This document shows positions 18,568 through 26,814 of a stretch of 64,000 nucleotides of DNA, piece after piece. Within the stretch, counting starts at the first letter, position 1. The number at the start of each line of letters is the position of its first letter. A program made the position numbers and the translations under genes. The notes beneath the pieces were generated by a model, which had not been told where the DNA came from, ran no database searches, and worked only from the letters and a program-made list of their open reading frames with translations. Source of the stretch: Nanobdellota archaeon (GTDB lineage Archaea > Nanobdellota > Nanobdellia > Pacearchaeales > GW2011-AR1); contig JBBSXC010000001.1 in assembly GCA_038045945.1 (NCBI GenBank), positions 64,001-128,000 on the forward strand. The letters run 5' to 3'.

Positions 18568-19560
18568 TTATCTCTTAGTTTCAACACTATCAAAGAGAGC
18601 ACTCAAACTATCACCCTTAATTGTTCTGTAAATAGCTTCACCAAATAATGGAATCAGAGATATGGTTTCAAGATTGGGACTTCCACTGTTTACTAGGGTA
18701 TCAGAAACAAATAGTTTGTCTAGTGTAGAAAATCTTTCTAGTCCTGCGCTGAATAGTCCGTGAGTTCCATAAGCATAAACGCTTTTAGCCCCATTCTCTC
18801 TCAAAGATGCTTCAGTCATGGCTATAGTCCCACCAGTATCAATCATGTCATCAACAATTAGACAATTCCTGTCTTTAACATCACCTATTATTACAACTTT
18901 ATCAACAACATTATCTTTAAGTCTAATTTTGTCACCTATAGCAACATTCACTTCTAGACCGCTGGCCCTTAGCCTCTTAGCAAGACTTCTAACTCTTTTA
19001 GCCCCACCCATGTCCGGTGAAACAACAGCTAAATCCTCAAAAATTAATGGGTGTTTACTTCCCAGATAATCGATTAGTGTTGGAAAAGAATAAAGATTAT
19101 CAAAAGGAATATCAAAAAATCCTTGCATTGCAGGGTTATGAAGATCAACGGTCATTGCTCTGTCAGCATAAGTAGAGATCATCTTAGCAAGAGCTTTAGC
19201 ATTAACACTAACCCTACTTTCATCCTTTCTTTCTTGACGAGCGAAACGAGTATAAGGAAGAACAACATTTATTTCTTCAGGCGAAGAGAACTTTAGTGCA
19301 TCAAGGACAAAGTTAAGTTCTGTGTACCAGTCTGATGGGGACTTGTTAGAATCATGAATTAGATAACATTGCCTTCTGCGAACGTTCTTAGCAATACGAA
19401 GTTTGAATTCTCCATCCTTAAAGTCTTCTCTTTTGACAGTGACTAAGTCTACCTCAAAATCTCTTTTTGGCTTATATAGAAGGTGATTATAAACACCGAT
19501 AGCAAAATCGTAACCTTTACTGTTAGGATCGGCAATTATTGCAGCATCACCATTTTCCAT
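18568..19560 (-). CDS. prs: Ribose-phosphate pyrophosphokinase
   Basis: FKDGE, PYTRFARQER, VDLH, QGFFDIP, VSPDMGG, VDDMIDTGGT, THGLFS. Confidence 0.95.
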   Translation of the reverse strand: MENGDAAIIADPNSKGYDFAIGVYNHLLYKPKRDFEVDLVTVKREDFKDGEFKLRIAKNVRRRQCYLIHDSNKSPSDWYTELNFVLDALKFSSPEEINVVLPYTRFARQERKDESRVSVNAKALAKMISTYADRAMTVDLHNPAMQGFFDIPFDNLYSFPTLIDYLGSKHPLIFEDLAVVSPDMGGAKRVRSLAKRLRASGLEVNVAIGDKIRLKDNVVDKVVIIGDVKDRNCLIVDDMIDTGGTIAMTEASLRENGAKSVYAYGTHGLFSAGLERFSTLDKLFVSDTLVNSGSPNLETISLIPLFGEAIYRTIKGDSLSALFDSVETKR

Positions 19561-19659
19561 AAAATCTTTTGCCGTGTTAGCTATTTAAGGATTATTGGTA
19601 TAGAAAAATAAATGTATGATTATGAAAACACGGTGCATCTTATATAAATAACTGCTTTC

Positions 19660-20272
19660 TTTCTCCGTGAAAAGCGGAATGCTTTTTTTTTTGTTTGAAT
19701 ATGAAATTCTTTGCTGTAATTAACTTCTAAATCAAGCTTGTACCATATTTTAGAATGGTTTGCTTTCTAGTTAATAATTCTGCAAAGAATCATTTTTGCT
19801 TTTAGGATAAGCGGCTATATCAAGTTTGTACCCTGTTTTAGAAGGGTTTACTTTCTAGCTTATCACTTAAAGCTTCAAGAATGTTAATTCTTGAGACCCA
19901 AAAATCTTATAGATTTTTGAGTTTTTTTTTATCAAGTCGAGTTGATTATTATTTTAAGAATTCTTTATGAGGACTTCTTTGTTAACTTTTAGATATAGAA
20001 AATCTTTCTTATCCTTACTGTATAAATTATTTGTCCTAGAATTCTTGTCTGAAATCTAACTTTTCTTTACTTCTTATCTAAGTACCAGTAGTACTTAAAC
20101 TTATCTATTGATCACCCTTTACCATCTTTTTGCCACCCTCAATCCTCTAATTACTCAGATTTGTATTGGTGAAAGTGAAAGGTGATGATCTTTTGATTAT
20201 AAAACCCTGGAAGAGGCTTTTATGCACTTAAATTAGGTTGCACTAAGCCTCTTCTGGGTAAAAAGAGGTGAT
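19660..20272 (-). ncRNA. Candidate ~600-nt structured non-coding RNA or long leader
   Basis: No ORF of 60 aa or more; at least 8 stems; G-U pairs favour the minus strand; BRE/TATA at 20294-20307; boundaries approximate. Confidence 0.6.
19731..19858. repeat. Two 40-nt tandem hairpin motifs (19731-19770, 19819-19858)
   Basis: 35/40 identical; 4 of the 5 differences form two compensatory base pairs. Confidence 0.9.
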
Positions 20273-20293
20273 ATAATATGTAGGCAAAAGACC

Positions 20294-20307
20294 TATTTAA
20301 ACCTTTC
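20294..20307 (-). promoter_or_regulatory. Archaeal BRE/TATA promoter facing the non-coding region
   Basis: Minus strand GAAAGG-TTTAAATA, ~22 nt before the start of the first stem. Confidence 0.6.
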
Positions 20308-20393
20308 GATATTGTTATCATTACACAATGACAATATCTGCTCTTTATTTTTGACCCGTGGGTTTATAATATTTGTTTGTTTGTGTTTTATTG

Positions 20394-21371
20394 ATGGATG
20401 ATCAGCCCAAAATTGAGGTGAATAAAGTAGAGGTGAGTAGTACTGTTCTTGATAGTATGAATCAGGACGAGGTTTACGGTCTTCTTCTTGATAATGAGGT
20501 TGGTTGGCAGGCTATTCTTTATGATTTGATTAATACTGAGCGGCTTGATCCTTGGAATCTTGATCTTGTTGCTCTTACTCAGAAGTATTTGGAGAAGGTT
20601 AGGATTCTTGAGGAGGCTAACTTCTTTATTTCTTCTAATATTATTCTTGCTGCTTCTTTGCTTCTTAGGATTAAGTCTGAGATTCTTCTTGACCATTATA
20701 TTCCTTCTCTTGATGCTATTCTTTATGGTAAGAAGGATGAGGAGAAGAAGTCTTTGGAGAGGATTCATATTGATGAGTCGCAGCTTCCTTTGATTTATCC
20801 TAGGAGTCCTATGCCTAGGAACCGTCAGGTTACTCTTTCTGAGCTTGTTAGTGCTCTTTCTCATGCTATTAAGACTGAGAATAGGCGTATTCGTAAGGAG
20901 CTTATTATTAGGTCTGCTAGGCGTGAAACTGATATTGTTTTTCCTAAGATGAAGATTCGTATTCAGGATCGTATTAGGCAGATTTATGCTAAGATTCTTT
21001 CTAAATTCCAACAAAAGAAGGAGCGTATTCCTTATTCTGATATTGCTTCTGGTCGTGAGGATCGTATTGCTGGTTTTTTGCCTGTTCTTCATCTTGATAA
21101 CCAACAGAAGGTTTTTTTGCAGCAGGAGGCTCATTATGAGGAGATTTATGTTTGGGTTTACAAGCATTATAAGGAATTGAATCCTCATGTTGTTTCTGCC
21201 GAATTAGAAGAGGTTGATTCTTCTGAGATTGCTAATCACGAGCAACTTGAAAATTTTGATGCTCAGGAGCAGGAAATTATTGATGAACTAAACAAGTCTA
21301 GCAAGCTTTCTGATAAGACTGGTTTTGATAATCCTTTAGGTAATTTGCTTAGTGAATCGGGTGCAGAATAA
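20394..21371 (+). CDS. scpA: Segregation and condensation protein A (kleisin)
   Basis: LDPWNLDLVALTQKYL, ASLLLRIKSE, VTLSELV, FLPVLHL. Confidence 0.9.
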   Translation: MDDQPKIEVNKVEVSSTVLDSMNQDEVYGLLLDNEVGWQAILYDLINTERLDPWNLDLVALTQKYLEKVRILEEANFFISSNIILAASLLLRIKSEILLDHYIPSLDAILYGKKDEEKKSLERIHIDESQLPLIYPRSPMPRNRQVTLSELVSALSHAIKTENRRIRKELIIRSARRETDIVFPKMKIRIQDRIRQIYAKILSKFQQKKERIPYSDIASGREDRIAGFLPVLHLDNQQKVFLQQEAHYEEIYVWVYKHYKELNPHVVSAELEEVDSSEIANHEQLENFDAQEQEIIDELNKSSKLSDKTGFDNPLGNLLSESGAE

Positions 21372-21375
21372 TTTT

Positions 21376-22536
21376 TTATTCTAATAATTCTTTTTCTCCT
21401 ACTTTTTCTTCTTTTCCGCTTGTTAGGTCTTTTATTGTGAACTTTTTTTCTTTTATTTCCTTTTCACCTATGAATACTGCTTTGTTTATACTGTAGGAAT
21501 TTGCGTATTCTAGTGCTTTGCTTGGTTTTCCGTAGAATATTACGCATGATTTTCCTTGTGATCTTAATTTTTTTGTTATTTCTATTGTTTTTTCGTCTTG
21601 GTTTAGTGATACTACTAAGTATTGTGTTTTTGGTAATGGGATTTCTGCTAATACGCTTAGTCTTTCTATGCTTGTTCCAAAGCCGATGCCTTCAATATTG
21701 CCTATGATGTATCTTCCGCCGCCTAGTATTGTTTGTTTCATAACTTTAGATTTTATTTCAAAAATTGTTCCTGTGTAATAGCTAAGTCCTCTGGCTAGTG
21801 ATGGGAGGAATTGTACTTCGAATCCGAATTGCTTGCAATATTCTTTTACTTCTTTTATTTCAGAGTAGTTTTTGTATTTTTCAAAGTAACTTTCTGGTTT
21901 GCTAAATATTTTTATTAATGATTCAGCACCGAATTTTTTAAGGTTTTTTGTTACTTCTTCGTCTGTTAGTTTGTCTAATTTGTCTATTTCTCTTATTACT
22001 TGTTTTCTGTCTTCTTCTTTTATTCCCTCTCCTGAGAGTATTTCGTCAATTAGTTTTCTATTGTTAAAGTATATGTTTACTTCCCCTAAATTAAGTTTTT
22101 TTGTTATTTGGTTTGCCACGGATAATATTTCTGCGTCGCTTTTTATGTTAGAGTCTATTATGTCTACTTCGCATGTTGTAAACTGTCTAGTCCTGTTTTC
22201 TGCTACAGGTTCATCTCGGAATACTGGCCCTATTTGGTATCTTCTGTAAGGTAATTTTTTTCCTTGGGCTATTCTTTTAAGTTGGAATGTGAACTCGTAT
22301 CTTAATGCTAGTTTTCTTTTCCCTTTGTCTGTAAGTTTGTATGTGTCGCTTACTGCTTCATCCGATGGGTTGTCTCCTCTCACGAATTCTTCATCCTCAA
22401 TTATTGGTGTTTCTGCTGGTTCGAATCCGTAACTTCTAAAGATGTCCTCAACGATTCTTTGTGTTTCTTGACGCTTAAGAGCTTCTAGGCCAGTATAGTC
22501 TCTAAATCCTTTAACTGGTTCTTTTATGTTTGTCAT
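21376..22536 (-). CDS. hisS: Histidine--tRNA ligase
   Basis: PVKGFRDY, LALRYEFT, VFRDE, RQFTTC, LARGLSYYTG, GGGRY; start ATG 22536 with SD AAGGTGA; tRNA-His upstream. Confidence 0.92.
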   Translation of the reverse strand: MTNIKEPVKGFRDYTGLEALKRQETQRIVEDIFRSYGFEPAETPIIEDEEFVRGDNPSDEAVSDTYKLTDKGKRKLALRYEFTFQLKRIAQGKKLPYRRYQIGPVFRDEPVAENRTRQFTTCEVDIIDSNIKSDAEILSVANQITKKLNLGEVNIYFNNRKLIDEILSGEGIKEEDRKQVIREIDKLDKLTDEEVTKNLKKFGAESLIKIFSKPESYFEKYKNYSEIKEVKEYCKQFGFEVQFLPSLARGLSYYTGTIFEIKSKVMKQTILGGGRYIIGNIEGIGFGTSIERLSVLAEIPLPKTQYLVVSLNQDEKTIEITKKLRSQGKSCVIFYGKPSKALEYANSYSINKAVFIGEKEIKEKKFTIKDLTSGKEEKVGEKELLE

Positions 22537-22562
22537 TTTTTCACCTTTTTTGTGATTTTGAA

Positions 22563-22634
22563 AGCGGAAGGAGGGAGTTGAACCCTCGTCTCGAGAGCCA
22601 CAGTCTCGCATACTACCGTTGTACTACAACCGCC
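22563..22634 (-). tRNA. tRNA-His(GTG) with encoded G-1
   Basis: Anticodon arm CGAGA-CTGTGGC-TCTCG; two U-U mismatches in the acceptor stem. Confidence 0.9.
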
Positions 22635-22816
22635 ATATTTATTACACTTACGAGTAAGTGATTGTGAGGGTATAAAAGAATTGCTATTTGTTATGAAGTT
22701 GAAACTAGGGTTTTCTTTACTGCGAACAATGATTAAACTCCTGTAGTTTTGTGTTCATAGTATTGTTAGTGTTTTATCAGTTTATAAAATTATTGTTTGG
22801 AAATTCTTGTAGATTT

Positions 22817-23116
22817 TCAAGCCACAAAATTCAAAGAATTTTGATGTTTAGTAATGTTTGTAGTTGTTGTTTCTAATAATAAGAGTTTTTCACCTTTGGG
22901 CACTTGTTTTATTTTGTATTCTAGTTTTGATGCTTCTGATCTGTTTCCTGCTGTTTTTACCAGTAATAGTTTTCCGTACCCTTTTCTTTTTACATATTTG
23001 CTTCCGCGTCCGTTTATGTGTGCTTTCATTCTTTTTTCCAGGTTATTTGTTATTCCTGTATAATAAGTCCCATCTAAGCATTCTATTATGTAAACGCACC
23101 AATCTTTTTTTATCAT
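22817..23116 (-). CDS. GIY-YIG nuclease family protein
   Basis: VYIIEC.DGTYYTGITNNLEKR..AH..G.GSKY. Confidence 0.9.
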   Translation of the reverse strand: MIKKDWCVYIIECLDGTYYTGITNNLEKRMKAHINGRGSKYVKRKGYGKLLLVKTAGNRSEASKLEYKIKQVPKGEKLLLLETTTTNITKHQNSLNFVA

Positions 23117-23230
23117 TTATTTAGTCGATTTTTTTGATGATGCTGCTATTACTCTTTTCTTTGCTTTTTTTACTCCACGCATTCTTCTTGTCATGGATCT
23201 GTGTTTGTGTGCTGCGTATCTTCTTCCCAT
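23117..23230 (-). CDS. Small highly basic protein (37 aa), not in the ORF track
   Basis: MGRRYAAHKHRSMTRRMRGVKKAKKRVIAASSKKSTK; TTTATAA ~25 nt upstream; stop abuts the next ATG. Confidence 0.6.
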   Translation of the reverse strand: MGRRYAAHKHRSMTRRMRGVKKAKKRVIAASSKKSTK

Positions 23231-23287
23231 GTTTTTTCTTAAGAAATGGTGCCTTATAAAGTTTTAGAAGAGGGATCCAGAGTTTTT

Positions 23288-24136
23288 TTATGTTGTTATT
23301 ATTGTTTGGTTTGCTAGCTTGTTTATTACTGGTACGAAGTATTCTGCTGGTAGTGCGAACCCTATGTTTTCTGCTTCTCCTACTTTGAAGTTGTTTATTC
23401 CTACTACTTTTCCGTCTTGGTCTATTAGCGGTCCTCCCGAGTTTCCCGGGTTTAGTGCTACGTCTGTTTGTATATATCTTGCTGGGCTTGAGCTTACTTG
23501 TCTGTCTAGCGAGCTTATTATTCCTTGTGTTACTGAGAATGATAATCCTAATGGGTTTCCTATTGCTATTACTTTTTCTCCTACTTTTGGTTCCTTGTTT
23601 AGTTCAAGTGGTTCGTAAGTTGTTTGTACTCTTAGTAGTGCTACATCCATTTTTTGGTCGTACCCTACTAGTTCTGCGTATTCTGAGTTTTTGTTTGAGT
23701 CTATTATTTGTGTGTATCTTCCCCCTTCTAGTACGTGCGCGTTTGTTACTATGTAGCTTTCTCCGTTCACCTTAGCTATTACAAATCCTGTTCCTTGCCC
23801 TACGTCTGTTTTTATGCTTAGTACACTCACGATTGATTGTTCTATTACTCCTGAGAAGTCATCTGTTGTGTGTGCTTTTAGTATGTTTATTTCTGCTTTT
23901 ATTGTTGATTGTGTTTGTACTAGCGCGTTTGATAAATCGCTTATTTTTGTTTGTGCGTCTAGACTGTTCGTCGCTATTGTTTTCTTTATTTCGTTTATGC
24001 TTTCGTTTAATGCGTTGCTTATTTGTTTGTTGTTTTGGTAGAAGTATGTGAATGTTACTATTTGTGTTATTAGTAGTACACCGATTATTGTGTATAGTAA
24101 TATTATGTGTGTGTTTTTATTATAAGCCATAAGCAT
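23288..24136 (-). CDS. Membrane-anchored trypsin-like serine protease (HtrA-like, no PDZ)
   Basis: GTGFVI, VTNAHV, DVALL, AIGNPLG, NPGNSGGPL. Confidence 0.92.
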   Translation of the reverse strand: MLMAYNKNTHIILLYTIIGVLLITQIVTFTYFYQNNKQISNALNESINEIKKTIATNSLDAQTKISDLSNALVQTQSTIKAEINILKAHTTDDFSGVIEQSIVSVLSIKTDVGQGTGFVIAKVNGESYIVTNAHVLEGGRYTQIIDSNKNSEYAELVGYDQKMDVALLRVQTTYEPLELNKEPKVGEKVIAIGNPLGLSFSVTQGIISSLDRQVSSSPARYIQTDVALNPGNSGGPLIDQDGKVVGINNFKVGEAENIGFALPAEYFVPVINKLANQTIITT

Positions 24137-24262
24137 TTTTTGTTGTTTTTGCTTTAAAAGAGTTATGAAGATAGAATACTTTCAAAAAAATTCTTTATTT
24201 GAACATTTTCTTCAAAGTTTTAGAAATTTTATTATTATAAGACTTGAGCATAATCCTTTTTT

Positions 24263-25003
24263 TTATATTCCTAAATCCTTTGCTATTTTGTCTGCCGCGA
24301 TTATTTCCGGTATTGTTACTATTTCTGCTCCCGCTCTTTTTAGTTTTGATACCATCCCCGGACTTTCGCATCTTGAGTGTACTTCTATTTTTGGGTTTAG
24401 TTCTTTTGCTGTTAGCGTTAGTAGTATGTTTGTTTCTGTTTTTGGTAGTGTTAGTATTATTTTTGCTGCTTTTTCTATATTTGCTGCCTTTAGTGCTTCG
24501 TCGTTTTGTGCGTCTCCTTTAACAACCAAGTATTTTTTCTTTCTTAGTTGCGATACCATTTTTTGTTCCGATTCTATGATTAAGAAGTCTCTATTCTTTG
24601 TTTTTAGTACTCTTGCTATTTCTTCTCCCACTCTCCCACCCCCCACTATTATTATGTGGTTTTTCATCTTCATCACTTTTGATATGGATATTCTTCTTTT
24701 TAAATACTCTCTGACCTTTCCCTCGAGGATTAAGTCTGCTATGCTCCATAATACCCACCACACTAAGAATACTCCTACTATTGCTAGTGTCATCTCCATG
24801 AATCTTTCTGGTATTGTGCTATCATCATTGAACATGAATGCTAATGTGTGCGTTGTTCTGTATAATGATGCACTTATTGTTTCTTCTGATGTTACTCTAA
24901 AACCTATTGTTCCAAAAACGAATAAGAATAGTATCACCCAAAAAAATATTCTTAATCTTTTTGGTAATTCTTCTATTTCTTTTATTCCTGCCCCTTTTGA
25001 CAT
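24263..25003 (-). CDS. 2-TM ion-channel-like protein with RCK/TrkA-N domain
   Basis: Two TM helices then NHIIIVGGGRVG, KGDA...LKAANIEKA; atypical pore loop. Confidence 0.85.
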   Translation of the reverse strand: MSKGAGIKEIEELPKRLRIFFWVILFLFVFGTIGFRVTSEETISASLYRTTHTLAFMFNDDSTIPERFMEMTLAIVGVFLVWWVLWSIADLILEGKVREYLKRRISISKVMKMKNHIIIVGGGRVGEEIARVLKTKNRDFLIIESEQKMVSQLRKKKYLVVKGDAQNDEALKAANIEKAAKIILTLPKTETNILLTLTAKELNPKIEVHSRCESPGMVSKLKRAGAEIVTIPEIIAADKIAKDLGI

Positions 25004-25098
25004 GTTATTGCTATTTTTTCCCCTCCTTCTAAATTAACTAAAACCTCCATAGTTTAAAAGCCCTTTTATAAAAAATAGAACAAATAAATAATATAGAA

Positions 25099-25171
25099 CG
25101 CCCCCACCGGGATTCGAACCCGGGTTACCAGCTCGAAAGGCTAGTGTCCTTGGCCTCTAGACGATAAGGGC
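25099..25171 (-). tRNA. tRNA-Glu(TTC)
   Basis: Identical to tRNA-Glu(CTC) outside the anticodon arm CTAGC-CTTTCGA-GCTGG. Confidence 0.95.
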
Positions 25172-25224
25172 ATTAAAGAGATAATAAGAAATACGTTTTT
25201 AAAGGTTTGGAGTGATAAATTTTT

Positions 25225-25659
25225 TTATTTTGTTTGAACTTTTTCTGTGTAAGCTACAGATGCTACATTTCCTGATACTACTTTATTAAATGTTGATGCA
25301 ATTAGTTCTAACTCTTCTCTTTGGCCGTTTATTAATGCTAAAGGTGATTTGTTTAGGTATAATAATCCAGAGTATCTTTCTAAGTCTCCTTCTATTGAGG
25401 GATTTAGTGGTAGTTCTGTGTATGATTCTGCTTTTAGTTCTAATGATCTCATTGAGTTTACACCTCTTATTTCTACACTTTCAACCCACGAGTCTTCTTT
25501 TCTATGCTCGCCTTTATAGAATTCTTCTGTTCTTCTTCCAGAAATTCTTACTTCTCTATTATTAACTCTTGCAAGACGACTAAGAGAATCTGTAAGTTGT
25601 CTTCTTGTGATGCCATATGAGAAATTAATCCTTGCTACTACTTCTGATGGATTTTTCAT
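25225..25659 (-). CDS. Hypothetical protein
   Basis: 144 aa ORF. Confidence 0.65.
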   Translation of the reverse strand: MKNPSEVVARINFSYGITRRQLTDSLSRLARVNNREVRISGRRTEEFYKGEHRKEDSWVESVEIRGVNSMRSLELKAESYTELPLNPSIEGDLERYSGLLYLNKSPLALINGQREELELIASTFNKVVSGNVASVAYTEKVQTK

Positions 25660-25714
25660 AATGAATAATTATAATAATCCTTTTTTAAGATTAGTGGTGA
25701 CTGTTTTCTACTGT

Positions 25715-26098
25715 TTATAGCTTCATCATTTTTGCGAATTTTCCTACTATTGGTACATTTCTGTATTCGCCTTTTATTGCGTAGAACCAGCTCAAGACCC
25801 ACAGTAGTACTGCTATAACGTATACTATTGGTCCGATGATCCATCCGAATCCAGGTATGCTTACAGCTACTGCTGATATTAGGTATACTATGAATATCAT
25901 TAGTGATTGTTTAGCGTAGAACATTACGTAGTGGTCTCTTCTTCTTACTAGTAGTGCTATGAAGAATCCTACTATGCTGAAGAATGTTGCTATGAATGCG
26001 AATAGTTTGCTGTCATCGTTAAGCACCAGGTTTATTCTTGATTCAATTCCTGCTAAACCTTTTTCTTCCTTCTTTTTTGTGTTTCTTCTTTTTGCCAT
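25715..26098 (-). CDS. DUF4870-like membrane protein
   Basis: YVMFYAKQSL...AIKGEYRNVPIVG, 3 TM segments. Confidence 0.8.
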   Translation of the reverse strand: MAKRRNTKKKEEKGLAGIESRINLVLNDDSKLFAFIATFFSIVGFFIALLVRRRDHYVMFYAKQSLMIFIVYLISAVAVSIPGFGWIIGPIVYVIAVLLWVLSWFYAIKGEYRNVPIVGKFAKMMKL

Positions 26099-26104
26099 TG
26101 TTTA

Positions 26105-26419
26105 TTATTTTTTGTGTGTTTCTCTTATTAGTTTAATTCCTGTTACTATTCCCCATATCCATGCTGCTGTTGGTGCTATAATTATTATTGGCACTCCTAG
26201 GGCTATTCCTACTCCGCTGATTATTAGCATTGTTCCTAAAAGTAGTCCTCCGAGGATTATTGCTATTTGCCATACTCCTTCTTTTATTTTTCCAGCTATT
26301 AGGCTTCCTAATCCTGGTAAGATTATTATGTTAAGTATTAGTGCTAGAATTGCTATGCTTTGTTCGTGATTAGCGTTGTTAATAGATTCTTTACCACCAC
26401 TCTTTTTCTTTGCAGTCAT
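26105..26419 (-). CDS. TM2-like small membrane protein
   Basis: LALILNIIILPGLGSLIAG...AWIWGI. Confidence 0.7.
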   Translation of the reverse strand: MTAKKKSGGKESINNANHEQSIAILALILNIIILPGLGSLIAGKIKEGVWQIAIILGGLLLGTMLIISGVGIALGVPIIIIAPTAAWIWGIVTGIKLIRETHKK

Positions 26420-26494
26420 GAAAATTGTAAGATTTAGTAGTATTTAAATATTAATACTGAAGAAAAATTGTTATTTTTTTATAAGAAATTAGAA

Positions 26495-26632
26495 TGAGCC
26501 TATGCGGATTTGAACCGCAGACCTCCGGCTTTCTTAGCACGTATATGCCACTAAAGCATTAGTTCGCTCAAGTTGCTTGAGAGAACAACGTCTTATAAGA
26601 CCGGCGTTCTAACCGGGCTGAACTATAGGCTC
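26495..26632 (-). tRNA. tRNA-Ile(TAT) with 63-nt intron (26531-26593) at position 37/38
   Basis: Exons fold into a cloverleaf; BHB motif with CTTA/TAAG helix and two 3-nt bulges. Confidence 0.9.
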
Positions 26633-26814
26633 ATTCCCTAAAACCCATATCGCTACTAGCTAAAAAAGTGAAGTAAAAAACTCTATTTAAAGGTATTGTC
26701 CAGGTTCTTCACTTAACCTTTTCCCAATCCTCAATTCTGCCCTTAACAACTGCAAATAAGGTGTTATTTTCAGGTATGAAGAACTTTTTTGTTATTTTTT
26801 CTTTAAGGAAACCT

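Noticed and set aside
19735-19762. c-di-GMP-I riboswitch similarity (GCAAACCAUUC)
   Set aside because: No GNRA loop, GACGCAAAGC or second stem; the second copy loses the match
19731-19858. Mini CRISPR array (two 40-nt repeats with a 48-nt spacer)
   Set aside because: Only two copies; differences are compensatory; the spacer pairs with the flanks; no adjacent cas genes
19700-19870. Repeated peptide (LESKPF / YKLD) on the minus strand
   Set aside because: In-frame stop and frame change in both copies; base-pair compensation explains the substitutions better
19967-20256. RNase P RNA (CAGAAGAGGCUUA resembles CR-V; GAAGUCCUC resembles CR-I)
   Set aside because: The elements are in reverse order, the CR-V spacing is one nt short, and both are used in local stems; an Rfam search should still be run
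19561-20372. Replication origin
   Set aside because: No ORB-like TCCA..GAAAC/G-string, no adjacent cdc6/orc1, and the backbone strand bias is the same on both sides
20388-21188. Long antisense ORFs (also 24165-25037, 57271-58311, 59878-60477, 63070-63681 and many shorter ones)
   Set aside because: Shadows of real genes caused by the codon bias; low-complexity I/L/F/S or K/R/N translations
22537-22611. N-terminal extension of HisRS in the ORF track
   Set aside because: Overlaps tRNA-His; ATG 22536 has a clear SD
25099-25171. Long match to 5434-5506 as an att duplication bounding a 20-kb element
   Set aside because: Both are complete tRNA-Glu isoacceptors and the interval contains core genes
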